Program-made: the position numbers and the translations under genes | In this document: positions 10,338-21,656 of the stretch, in pieces | How the letters are laid out: every line of letters starts with the position of its first letter | How positions within the stretch are numbered: position 1 is the stretch's first letter | Notes under the pieces: generated by a model | What the model was told of the DNA's origin: nothing | Databases searched by the model: none | The model's input: only the letters and a program-made list of their open reading frames with translations | NCBI RefSeq assembly: GCF_006345805.1 | Contig: NW_021827531.1 | Coordinates: 1 to 27,865, forward strand | Source of the DNA: Octopus sinensis | Taxonomy: Eukaryota | Reading direction: 5' to 3' | DNA length: 27,865 nt

Positions 10338-10570
10338 TGGCGGCGGTGGTGGCGGCGGCGGTCGGTAATGGTGGTGGTGATGTCAGTAGTGATAGCTGTT
10401 GTGGTAGCGGTGACGGTGGTGACGATAACAATAATGGTGGGAGTAGAGGTGGTGATGGTAGGAGAGATAACAATGATAATAGTAGTACTGGCGTTGGTGG
10501 TAGTGGTGATATAAAAGTGGCGGTAGAAATAATAGCAGTTGTAGAAGCGATATGTAATATATTGGTAGTA
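10338..10570. repeat. Degenerate (GGT/GAT/AGT)n triplet repeat
   Basis: Direct reading; produces the poly-Pro/Thr/Gly ORFs at 10273-10863. Confidence 0.85.
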
Positions 10571-10571
10571 G

Positions 10572-10760
10572 AGTCATGATCGACAAAGTCTTTCCAGTCG
10601 TGATCTTCTCTTCTGTCCTCATATGCAATAATATCTAGGACCAGGTAATCCAATATGGTGCAGCGTGTCCTTTCATATAACTGCAGGATATGATTTGCGA
10701 GCGATTTGACAGTTATTTCTAGCAGGACAAATGACCATGTAGAGGCTGTCTCGTTACACT
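10572..10760 (-). pseudogene. Possible ancient RTE-type LINE C-terminal fragment
   Basis: HILQLYERTRCTILDYLV...DRREDHDWKDFVDHD weakly resembles GHILR...RGRPRxRWxDxVxxD; weak similarity only. Confidence 0.3.
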
Positions 10761-10819
10761 GTGACTTAATTGATAGTGCAGTAGTTTTAGTGATGTTAGT
10801 GCTAGGTTTTGTAGAAGCT

Positions 10820-10938
10820 GTCAGGATGGCCGAGTGGTCTAAGGCGCCAGACTCAAGGTACATGTAATATACCTTAACCGGAACATTGAGTATTCTGGTC
10901 CACGGATGTGGACGTAGGTTCGAATCTCACTTCTGACA
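10820..10938 (+). tRNA. tRNA-Leu-CAA: tRNA-Leu(CAA) with 35-nt intron (10858-10892); T-stem has a mismatch and a wobble, possibly a pseudogene
   Basis: GTCAGGATGGCCGAGTGGTCTAAGGCGCCAGACTCAAG|intron|TTCTGGTCCACGGATGTGGACGTAGGTTCGAATCTCACTTCTGACA; acceptor GTCAGGA/TTCTGAC; anticodon CAA at 10854-10856; variable-arm hairpin TCCAC/GTGGA; TTTT terminator at 10951-10954. Confidence 0.92.
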
Positions 10939-10957
10939 GATAACGTTTCATTTTATA

Positions 10958-11350
10958 GGCGTTGGAGTGGCTGGGTGGTAAGTAGCTTGTTTACTAACCA
11001 CATGTTTCCGGGTTCAGTCACACTGCGTGGCACCTTGGGCAGGTGTCATCTACTATTGCCTCGGGCCGACCAAAGCCTTGTGAGTGGATTTGGTAGACAG
11101 AAACTGAAAGAAGCCTGTCGTATATATGTATATGTTTGTGTGTCTGTGTTTGTCCCCCCCCCCAACGTCGCTTGACAACCGATGCTGGTGTGTTTACATC
11201 CCCGTAACTTAGCGGTTCGGCAAAAGAGACCGATAGAAAAAGTACTAGGCCTACAAAGAATAATTCCTGGGGTCGATTTGCTCGACTAAAGGCGGTGCTC
11301 CAGTATGGCCACAGTCAAATGACTGAAATAAGTAAAAGAGTAAAAGAGTA
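10958..11350 (+). mobile_element. SINE family A, full length
   Basis: Collinear with 4169-4597. Confidence 0.92.
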
Positions 11351-11381
11351 GTGTTGTATACACACATATAACAATATTGAA

Positions 11382-11552
11382 GGCGCAGGAGTGGCTGTGT
11401 GGTAAGTAGCTTGCTAACCAACCACATGGTTCCGGGTTCAGTCCCACTGCGTGGCACCTTGGTCAAGTGTCTTCTGCTATAGCCCCGGGCCGACCAATGC
11501 CTTGTGAGTGGATTTGGTAGACGGAAACTGAAAGAAGCCTGTCGTATATATG

Positions 11553-11583
<31 letters not shown>

Positions 11584-11765
11584 TTGTGTGCTGGTGTGTT
11601 TACATCCCCCGTCACTTAGCGGTTCGGCAAAAAGAGACCGACAGAATAAGTACTGGGCTTACAAAGAATAAGTCCCGGGGTCGATTTGCTCGACTAAAGG
11701 CGGTGCTCCAGCATGGCCGCAGTCAAATGACTGAAACAAGTAAAAGAAAAAAAAAAAGAAAAAAA
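11382..11765 (+). mobile_element. SINE family A with small internal deletion and A-rich tail
   Basis: Collinear with 4169-4597; lacks the gtttgtcccc...aaccgat segment. Confidence 0.9.
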
Positions 11766-11778
11766 ATAAGGATGTGAA

Positions 11779-12330
11779 GGCGCGTGACTTAGTGGTTAGG
11801 GCATTCGGCTCACGATCGCAAGGTCGTGAGTTCAATTCTCGGCGACGCGTTATGTCCTTGAGCAAGACACTTCATTTCACGTTGCTCCATTCCACTAAAT
11901 GACTAGTACCTGTATTTCAAAGGGGCCAGCCTTGTCACACTCTGTGTCACGCTGAATCTCCCTCAGAACAACATTAAGGTTACACGTGTCTGTGGAGTAC
12001 TCAGCCACTTGCACGTTAATTTCACGAGCAAGCTGTTCCGCTGATGGTATCAGCTGGGACAAGGCGGCGAGCTGGCAGAGTCGTTAGCACTCCGGGCGAA
12101 ATGCGTAGCCGTATTTCTTCTGCCGTTACGTTCTGAGTTCAAATTCCGCCGAGGTCGACTTTGCCTTTCATCATTACGGGATCGATAAATTAAGTACCAG
12201 TGACGCACTGGCGTCGACTTGATCCGTTTGTCGGTCCTTGTTTGTCCCCTCTATGTTTAGCCCCCTGTGGGTAGTAAAGAAATAGGTATCAGCTGGGACC
12301 CTCGTCGTCGTAACCGATGGGGTGCTCCTA
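11779..12330 (+). mobile_element. SINE family F, interrupted by a family E copy
   Basis: Head ggcgcgtgacttagtggttaggg, B box gagttcaattc, gtccttgagcaagacact core; resumes at 12285 after the E insertion. Confidence 0.85.
12061..12284 (+). mobile_element. SINE family E nested in family F, 15-bp TSD GGTATCAGCTGGGAC
   Basis: TSD at 12046-12060 and 12285-12299. Confidence 0.92.
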
Positions 12331-12506
12331 CAAGTAGTGTTGTACACATACACACACACACACACACACATAACAATATTGAAGATAAGGAGAATGAAGA
12401 ATTACATTTAAACTTCCAATGCTGTTTATTTCCAGTAAGCCTCCGTATTTTATTCAGGGAAATTCGCTTTCTACCTGGATATCATATGCCACTTCCTGCT
12501 ATATAT

Positions 12507-12906
12507 GTGGCTGCGTGGTAAGTAGCTTGCTAACCAACCACATGGTTCCGGGTTCAGTCCCACTGTGTGGCATCTTGGGCAAGTGTCTTCTGCTATAGCC
12601 TCGGGCCGACCAAAGCCTTGTGAGTGGATTTGGTAGACGGAAACTGAAAGAAGCCTGTCGTATATATATGTATATATATATGTGTGTGTGTGCGTGTGTG
12701 TCTGTGTTTGTTCCCCTAGCATTGCTTGACAACCGATGCTGGTGTGTGTTTACGTCCCCGTCACTTAGCGGTTCGGCAAAAGGAGACCGATAGAATAAGT
12801 ACTGGGCTTACAAAGAATAAGTCCCGGGGTCGATTTGCTCGACTAAAGGCGGTGCTCCAGCATGGCCGCAGTCAAATGACTGAAACAAGTAAAATAGTAA
12901 AAGAGT
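12507..12906 (+). mobile_element. SINE family A, slightly 5'-truncated
   Basis: Collinear with 4169-4597 from gtggctgcgtggtaag. Confidence 0.9.
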
Positions 12907-12911
12907 ATATA

Positions 12912-13087
12912 TATTCCTTTATTGCCCACAAGGGGCTAAACATAGAGGGGACAAACAAGGACAGACAAAGGGATCGATTAAATAAGTACCAGTTACGCAC
13001 TGGGGTTCATATGATCGATTTAATCCGTTTGCCTGTCCTTGTTTGTCCCCTCTGTGTGTAGCCCCTTGTGGGCAGTAAAGAAATAAG
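12912..13087. mobile_element. Fold-back of the SINE family E 3' end (63-bp arms)
   Basis: 12912-12974 is the reverse complement of 13023-13085, both E tail sequence. Confidence 0.8.
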
Positions 13088-13328
13088 AATTGTCCTCTTA
13101 AGCATGTATCTTTTATTTTAGTGTCGCTTTATAAATGAAATTAAGTAGACGGAAACTGCGTGAAGTCCGATAGATTGTACTTGTTAACTCAAAGGCCCGG
13201 CTTTGTCATGCGTTAAAGGTAATACAAGTGTTTGCGGAATACTCAATCACTTTCGCTATTATTCAATGAGCAGGTAACAACTGGATTGTACGTAGTTGTA
13301 AAATGCAGAGAACCAGTAGGGAAAATCC

Positions 13329-13535
13329 TCGAGCTGGGAGAGTCGTTGGCACGCCGGGCCAGACGCTTAACAGCATTCCCTTCCTCTTTACGTTCTGAGC
13401 TTAGATTTATCCGACATTGACTTTCATCGTTTCGGATCGATAAATTAAGTACCCAGTCGAGCACTGAGGTCGCTGTAATCGACTTGTCTCCTTTCCAAAA
13501 TTTCAGGCTTTGTGCCTATAGTGGAAAGGTTTATT
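13329..13535 (+). mobile_element. Old diverged family-E-related SINE
   Basis: gagctgggagagtcgttggcacgccggg...acgttctgag...tcgataaattaagtacc...gtcgctgtaatcgactt. Confidence 0.7.
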
Positions 13536-13565
13536 AACAAGAGGATAATGTTACGGTTGCTGTTG

Positions 13566-13910
13566 CTGCTGTTGCTGTTGTTGTTGAGCGGTCCGAACTG
13601 TGGTCCTTTGCTATTCGTAAGACCCGCAGAAGAGAAAGCAGGTCAACCCCCGACACCGAGAGCATCGACGGATGGATGGATGAATGCGCATCCAGGCTCA
13701 GCGGTTGCATAGGAAGTCGGGGACAAGAAACAGGAAGAAAGAGTGAGAGAAAATTGGAGCGAAAGAGTACAACAGGGGTCGCCACCACCCCCTGCCGAAG
13801 CCTCATGGAGTTTAGGTGTTTTCGTTCAATAAAGACACACAACGCCCGGTCTGGGAATCGAATTCGACCGCGAGTCCGCTGTCCTAACCACTGGGCCATT
13901 GCGCCTCCAC
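13566..13910 (-). mobile_element. SINE family D: head and body shared with B and C, third type of tail ending in (AAC/AGC)n
   Basis: Head gtggaggcgcaatggcccagtggttagg; imperfect TSD tacggttgctgttg (13552-13565) / tactgtcgctgttg (13911-13924). Confidence 0.82.
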
Positions 13911-14602
13911 TACTGTCGCTGTTGTATAGTCAGTTCGTTACAGAGCCATTAAGAAGTATTTTGTGTCAGTATATTGATCCGGAGCCCAAGTAGACCCCGT
14001 ATCTATCTGTTTCAATCTTCCTTAAAAACGAAATAATCCCAAAACGATCTTAAATTGTTCCAAGAATCTCCGATCCTGATACCCCAAAGTATTCTTGCTC
14101 TGCCTGAACTAAATTTCTTTCGGTGATCCTGGCTCCCGATCAAGCCCTGATCGAGCAGTTCCATGGTTTATAGCTAATCGCCATGTATATAGTCACATGA
14201 CATATCGATACCTTCCTGTATCCCCCCCACCCCAGCTATGCCATATAACTGTCAAGTTGTGGACAATACTGCACATTCCGAAATGGAGGGATAAAAATAG
14301 AATACCGGCCAGTGTGACAGTCCAGACATGTTGCACTCTCTCCACTAATTAGATTGCTCTAGTGAGCGTGCATATCCTGGTAGGGGGTACAGCGGGGGCG
14401 ATGGGACGTGGACTTAGTCGAAGCGTTCAGTCGGTTGCTCTTCCTCTGCAACTGGTACTGTTTAGCCCCTGGTCTAATAGCTCTTTGTTAGAGGGCACTA
14501 TGGTGCCCCATGTGTGATTAAAGACTTCGCCGGGGGATGATCTATATATATATACGCACACATACATATATATACATACATACATACATATATATATATA
14601 TA

Positions 14603-14648
14603 AGTGGATTGGTAGATTGAAACTGAAAGAAGCCTGTCGTATACATAT

Positions 14649-14700
<52 letters not shown>

Positions 14701-14910
14701 CTATGTATGTATGTATGTATGCGTGCATGTGTGTGTTTTCCCCTACCATCGCTTGATAACCGATGTTGGTGTGTTTACGTCCCCGTCAAAGAGACCGATA
14801 GTATAAGTACTAGGCTCACAAAGAATAAGTCCTGGGGTCGATTTGTTCGACTAAGGTCGGTGCCCCAGCATGGCCGCAGTCAAATGACTGAAACAAATGA
14901 AAGAATAAAA
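14603..14910 (+). mobile_element. SINE family A, 5'-truncated
   Basis: gtggattggtaga...gaaactgaaagaagcctgtcg through caaatgactgaaac. Confidence 0.85.
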
Positions 14911-15020
14911 CATATATATATATGTATGCGTGAATCTATGTATATCTATGTATATACATATCTATGTATATACATATCTATGTATATACATATCTATGTA
15001 TATACATATCTATGTATATG

Positions 15021-15290
15021 TGTGTTCTTCCGTGTTTGTCCCCACCACCACCACTGTTTGATAACCGGTGTTAGTTTGTTTATGTCCGAGTGACTTGGTG
15101 TTTCGGCTACAGGAACCATTAGAAGAAGTACGTACCATGCTGAAGAAGAGAAATAATTCCTGGAGTCGATTCATTCGGCCACCAAAAAAAACCTTTTTCT
15201 CAAGGTGACGCTCCAGCATGACTACAATCCGGTGACTGAACAAGGACAAGCAAGAAAAGAAAAGAAAAAAAAAGCCAAAAAAAAGAAAGC
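15021..15290 (+). mobile_element. Diverged family-A-related 3' half
   Basis: gtgtttgtccccacc...ttgataaccggtg...ttcctggagtcgatt...ctccagcatgactaca...gactgaacaag. Confidence 0.65.
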
Positions 15291-15383
15291 CGTGGTATGA
15301 TTTGAGGGAGATTAGGCTCCTATTTCTTTTTTTAACAAGTGAAAAAGAACACGTAGATTCTTATGGTGTAGCGAGTGGCGAGA

Positions 15384-15405
15384 GGAAGTGACGTCGGAGG
15401 CGGAC
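15384..15405. promoter_or_regulatory. Candidate overlapping ETS/CRE motif plus GC box
   Basis: GGAAGTGACGTC-GGAGGCGGAC in a small CpG-rich patch; motif match only. Confidence 0.25.
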
Positions 15406-15445
15406 TCGACCAGTGCGCGTCAGTTGCTCTTCCTAAACATTTTCT

Positions 15446-15653
15446 TTGGAGGTGGCGTTGGTGATGGTGACAGTGGTATGTAATCTGTTGCTAATGGTAG
15501 AGGTGGTGGTGGTGGTGGTGGTGGTGGTGGTGGTGGTAGTGGTGGTGGCAGTGTTGGTGGTGGTGGTAGTGGTGCTTGTAGATATGATAATATTAGTTGT
15601 ATTAATGTTATGGTCGTATGTATGTATATATATAAATATATATTGTATGTTTA

Positions 15654-15715
<62 letters not shown>

Positions 15716-16120
15716 GGTGGTGAATGCGATGGTAATGATGCGTGGAAACGGAGGGAGTCAGTAGTTGAGTATTGTTTTTCGGAACAAAAATAGGGGTGAC
15801 TGGTTTTGAAGTAGTGGTAGTAGTAGTAGTAGTAGTAGTAGCAGCAGTATTAGTATTAGTAGTAGTAGTAGTAGTAGTAGTACAATTAGCAGAAGTATTA
15901 AGTATTAGGGTGGGATGTTTTTTTTTTTTTTTTTTGCTAGCGGCCGCAATTGTGTCGGTAGTAGTGTTAGTGATAGGGGGTGACACCAGTTATGGCTTTA
16001 AAGGTGGTAGCGGTGATAGTAGTATTAGTAGTAGTAGTAGTATTCGTAGTGGTAGTGGTTGTAGTATTATTAGTGGTGTTGAATGGTGGTCGGTAGTGGA
16101 GGGGTGGTAGTTGGGTGGGT
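15446..16120. repeat. (GGT)n, (TA)n, (AGT)n microsatellite block
   Basis: Direct reading; source of the poly-Val/Thr ORFs. Confidence 0.9.
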
Positions 16121-16324
16121 CGTGGTGTACTTATACGCGACATGATATACGATACGGCCCGACTAATTCGCTTTCAATATTGTAAACGTGCCAAAAACTA
16201 CTCACACCCCTACTAACACAGTCCTCCCAGCGCCGTTTCAGTTCTCCACCCGTCCCTATCAGGGGAATGACATGTGCGTAATTACGAGAGCTCACTAATC
16301 TCACGTTAAATTTCTTTCGCTCTT

Positions 16325-16335
16325 AAAACACGTCA

Positions 16336-16411
<76 letters not shown>

Positions 16412-16465
16412 GTGTGTATATATATTTATCTATCTATCTATTTATCTGTCTGTCTGTCTGTCTCT
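16325..16465. repeat. (TCTG)/(TCTA) microsatellite
   Basis: Direct reading. Confidence 0.95.
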
Positions 16466-16475
16466 ATTTCATGAT

Positions 16476-16585
16476 AGGTGCAGGCATGGCTGTATGGTTA
16501 GAAAGTACACTTTGCAACCAGGTTGTTTCGGGTTCAGTCCCCTATCCGATACCTTGGGCAAGTCTCTTCTAATATAACCCCAGAC
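16476..16585 (+). mobile_element. Diverged SINE family A head fragment
   Basis: ggtgcaggcatggctgtatggttag...gggttcagtccc...accttgggcaagtctcttct. Confidence 0.7.
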
Positions 16586-16638
16586 AACACACACCCACAC
16601 CACACACAACACACACACACACACACACCACACAATAT

Positions 16639-16672
<34 letters not shown>

Positions 16673-19047
16673 AATATATATATATAGCAATAATAATTCT
16701 CTAAACGAGATATAAACAGTAACTGCTCCATAACATAAGGGACATCAGCCATCTGAATGTGGCTAGGGACAGGGCAGGGCGGTGGGGGTGTTACTGATGC
16801 ATTTAGCCCCAGGCGATCATCAACGTCACCAGGAGGGCTGACACCATCACGGTCTTCTTTTCCTTGGGACAAATTCTTTGTTGACCATTGTTCTTATCGT
16901 AGTTTACAAATCCAAGCATGAAAACGTTACTCAACTTTGGAGCTAAACTATAAATTTCACAGCGTACAACCTTAAAGTTGACACCATTCCGCTAAACGCA
17001 GAAAATTTGTGTCTTGCTATTGGCTAAAAATACACAGTTTTTACGATCTTTAAACCTCTCTAACTTTTACCTCCACTTTTTTCTCCTTCATGGCAACGAG
17101 ACTAGAAGACTACACTATTATAGCAGATTTTCAGATCTTTTACTTCCTTTTAAAAGATGCATATTTTGCAAATGAAAAAACTAAATCCCCTCTATACATT
17201 ATTTCTTTATATGACATTCCCGCTAATCACTCGTCTATTACGCAACGAAACATGGCCCGAAATCCAACGTGTATGTATCTTCCTTGTATCGATATATTCT
17301 AATTTTAATCTTTCTGTCTTCATTTAATCACATAGAGCTTTGTCTAATTAATTTTTAGTTTCTCATGGAGTTGATTCAGAGAAAAACAAATTATGTCGCT
17401 TAAACGAATAGAGGTCTGCTTTGTATGTACACGTATGTCTACTTTTCATACACACACCCAACCGAAATACACACACACACACACAAACGTTTGCCATTAC
17501 ATATTCTGTAATTGTTATCTTGACCTAACACATATCATCCATTCAAGGACAGTGTCTAAGCATTAGTAGGGGACCTCGATCGCACGTTCTTCCAGCATAT
17601 CAGAATATAATATGGATATACTAATTATATCCATATATAATGAATATAATATATATCCATTATATATTATAATGGATATATAATATATATATCCATTTAT
17701 ATTATATAAATGGATACATATATATATCTATTTGTGTGAGCCATCTGTGTGGCTGAACCGGTAGTTCGTTGGATCATATGATATAGTGTGTTTAGTTAGA
17801 ATCCTTTCTGATCTGTGTTCAATTCTTGTCGAAACAAACTGCATCTTTTAGCTCGTTGAAATAAAGCATCGGTCCTGCATTATTCGGTCCATATTTTTAT
17901 AATAATGTCTTCTAGTTGTAATTGGAAACCAATCAATTGACTCAATCTTGGACACAAAATGATCTTAACTGAATTACTCTCTTTTTAAATCTAAGCAACA
18001 AATTAAAATTACAGCAAAGATGTTAGTACTATTAAAGTATATTGGAAGAAAATATTAAGCGTCGGACAGAATACTTAACTGTAATTAAGTTTGTCTCATT
18101 ACGTCCTGGGTTCAAATCCTGATGTGAGAGACTTCGTTTTCAACATACTATCTTCCAATACATACCTTCAAAATAACTATATCGATTTAATCGATTATGT
18201 TCTTCTTTCAAATATGAGGCTTGTACCAATGCTGGAAATCAATGTTCATTAACTTCATTTAGACAGGCTTGCACAAAGAAAAAAGAAGCACAATTATAAT
18301 TCTTATATAATTTCTAATTAATAAATAATTATTTCTCATAAACTATAACCCTTAGTTCTAAACCTAATTACAATATTTTCTCAGTCGTGAGAAAAAAAAT
18401 CCGAATAAAACAGACATATACTGATATTTATATCCATATATACGTTTTGTACACACACACATATATATTATATATATATATATATATATTATAATATATA
18501 TTATATATATATATATAATATATATACTATAATATATATATATATATTATATATATATATATATAGTGGGGGGATGTAAGCAAGTACATGTACGCAGTAA
18601 CTCAATAATACAGTGGACCATGTGCTACTATCAGAGGCAGAAATGAAAGCGAAGAGAACCAATATACAAATATACGTAACCCACAATTCCATTATTGAAG
18701 TAACATTTAAAATCAATTAGCAGCGATAAGACAAAAGCATTACTTAATTATTTCATTAAGCCATACATACACACAAAAATAACATTTCCAAGTAGTGTGA
18801 AAATTGATTTAACAGTCTTCAGAAATAACCAGACATTAAAATAATAGATTTAACTGAACAGTCCCCGAAAAAACAAAACCTGCCGTGCAACAATAAAACG
18901 TTAGTTTTAACGGCCATCCAATCAAGTGTAATATATAATCGTATCAGTTGTCTCCCCTTTTTTATGCTCATTCTCTCGGTTACTACCACAAGCCCTCCAC
19001 CCCAACTATTTATCGTTTATCTGCCTGGCCAAAAACAGAATTAATAC

Positions 19048-19170
19048 AGCGACCTAGTGATTAGAATGTTTTCACCCATGATCAGAAGTTCGCGCATCCG
19101 ATCGTTTGGTGTAATGCGTCCTTGAGTAACACGTTGTATTTCACATTCTTCCAGGTTGTTGAACCATTGA
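19048..19170 (+). mobile_element. Old family-F-like SINE fragment
   Basis: gcgacctagtgattagaatgtt...gcgtccttgagtaacacgttgtatttcacatt. Confidence 0.5.
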
Positions 19171-19339
19171 TGAATACTTGTCTAGTGTTGGTGGAGCTTC
19201 TCTCCTCCCAATTTCCATGTTCTTAATGAGCCGCTGGATCAAGGTTGAGAGTGCCGAAAGGGTGCTCATGTTTCCTTGCAACAATTTAGAAGAATAAAGC
19301 AATTAACGGTCATACTCAATTAGCGAGTGACGCTTAAAC

Positions 19340-19344
19340 TTATT

Positions 19345-19397
<53 letters not shown>

Positions 19398-19623
19398 ATC
19401 TATCTATCTATCTTATACCTATCTATCTATCTGTCTGTCTGTCTGCCTGCCTGCTTGTCTCTCTATATATCTGTCTATCTGTCTGTCTGTCTCCTATCTA
19501 TGAATCAATCTGTCTGTCGGCCTGCCTGTCTATCAATCAATCAATCCCTCTGACTCTGTCTGCCTGTCTATCAATCAAACAATTGATCTATCTGTCTGTC
19601 TGTCTGTCTGTCTGCCTGTGTAT

Positions 19624-19679
<56 letters not shown>

Positions 19680-19690
19680 GTGCGTGCGTG
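19340..19690. repeat. (TCTA)/(TCTG)/(TG) microsatellite
   Basis: Direct reading. Confidence 0.9.
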
Positions 19691-20333
19691 TTTGAGTTAT
19701 TATAAGTTTCATACCCTGATAGTATAATAGTTAGACAAGCTTTTATAGTATGTCCTGTACTATCTTGCAAATTTCAAGCTTTCTTTTTTTGTTTCCCTTT
19801 TCACATTTTTGAACTTCTTTTCTTTCTTTGCAGCTTTTTTTCTATGAGAGCACCCATGTTCTATATTTATCTTGAAAGATCGCTCTGTAGTACGTAACAC
19901 GTTATACAAACCCATCAAACAACTGTATTACTAGAGGCATGAAACTTATAGTAGCTCGCATGTAAATCTTGTATATACTAAACAATGTTTATCTCTTACT
20001 ACATGGAATATGATTTTTTTGTTTTGTTTTATTGATCCCATTGAATGAACTGTACAATGTGAATATTCATTTAATTTAATTTAGAAACATAAGAGTTAAG
20101 CGTTTTAGAAGCATAAACCGTTGGAAGATATTTCATAGCGATAGGCAGAGTAGCATGCACTTCTAAAAAACTGAAATGCCGTAACTTACATTGTTCCTGC
20201 GCCCGGAGGCGTGGGAATGGTGTAGTATAAGTGGGAGCAATGGCCGATCACCTGCGTGGCTCACTTCTTCGTTTACATAGCGTCAATGTCTAAGAGGAGA
20301 TCTCATTACACTGACAGGGTATTCGGTGCTTAG

Positions 20334-20475
20334 CGTAACTTAGCAGTTCGGCAAAAGAGACTGATATAATAAGCGCTAGGCTTACAAAGAATAAGTCCTG
20401 GGGTCGATTTGCTCGACTAAAGGCAGTGCTCCAGCATGGCCACAGTCAAATAACTGAAACAAGTAACAGAGTAAA
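20334..20475 (+). mobile_element. SINE family A 3' end
   Basis: cgtaacttagcagttcggcaaaagaga...gggtcgatttgctcgactaa...gaaacaagtaacagagtaaa. Confidence 0.85.
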
Positions 20476-21042
20476 CCTAAAGGTAATTACATAAGCATTA
20501 AAATCTTCAAGTTTCAGAGTAGGCTTAACTGCTCTAAAGAATCGTAATGGTCTGTCACATTTCTAATGCGCACGCTTTATATTGAAAAACCATCTGTATT
20601 TTGCGTACATTATTTTGCTCTCGACGTTTTCTGTAAAATAAAGCATAACTAAAGAAAGCAACCCAGAATGATTATGTTACTAAGGATAGTATTTGAACAC
20701 TTTAAATGTTTTGTTTCTTTTTTCACACTCATAATTATCGATATTTCACCAAAACTAAATAAGAGTAAAAGGAGAGAGTCTGCATCCTTCAACACCAGTT
20801 CAGCACCTTGTGTAATCGCCATCTAACAATCTAGAAGCATCCAGACGTGAATGGTGACGACGAAATGATTTGGTGACGAACTGACTTGGTAACAAGTTAC
20901 CTTCTGGCAAACTAACTAGACATCATACCAATAAAAATATCGACATACATGCTTTCTATCTCACACACAAATGTATTTATATATACCAGTCTTTACAATG
21001 AACCTAGCAAAAACCAGAGCAGATCCAAAATAACTCTTTTAC

Positions 21043-21290
21043 ATTTTTACTTGTTTCAGCCATTTGATTGTGACCATGCTGGAGGGACAAACACAAACAC
21101 ACAAACATATACACACACATACATATATATATACGACGGGCTTCTTTCAGTTTCCATCTACCAAATCCACTCACTTTGACGGCCCGAGGCTATAGTAGAA
21201 GACACTTGCCCAAAGTACCATGCAGTGGGACTGAACCCGGAACCATGTGGTTGATATGCAACCTACTTACCACACAGCCACTCCTACGCC
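21043..21290 (-). mobile_element. SINE family A with internal deletions
   Basis: Reverse complement of head, core and tail modules. Confidence 0.85.
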
Positions 21291-21490
21291 ATTAATTTTA
21301 AGTAATCAGTGCCGGGTAATACTTATATATTTATAGGTTACTGATATACACATATAAACATGTACTCCACATGACGTCCTTGGAAGTGTGTATAGAAATA
21401 TATAGTGTGTGTGTTTTTTAGTACTGCATGTATATCTGATTTTAAATAAAGGGTTATGCAAATTAGTTGCTCCACTTCACATCTCGCCAC

Positions 21491-21529
21491 CGCTGATGAA
21501 AACTCAATAAGAGTCGAAAATTTGTTACG
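21491..21529 (+). ncRNA. Degenerate minimal hammerhead motif
   Basis: CG-CTGATGA-AA-ACTC(AATAA)GAGT-C-GAAA-ATTTG-TTA|CG; core intact, stems I and III weak. Confidence 0.45.
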
Positions 21530-21601
21530 TTTTCCGTCAGCTCTTTTCCATCTTCGGAGAAACAAGTAAATTTGTCATATTTGTATATTTATTACTTATG
21601 A

Positions 21602-21652
<51 letters not shown>

Positions 21653-21656
<4 letters not shown>

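Noticed and set aside
17040-17100. Minus-strand gccATGAAGGAGAAAAAAGTGGAG|gtaaaa as a first coding exon
   Set aside because: Only 7 codons and no supporting downstream exon.
18610-18676. Possible exon encoding GPCATIRGRNESEENQYTNI
   Set aside because: Weak acceptor with no pyrimidine tract; no homology recognised.
20852-20900. Three ~16-bp degenerate tandem units tggtgacgaa.tga.t
   Set aside because: Resembles DNA-transposon subterminal repeats, but no terminus or TSD was found.
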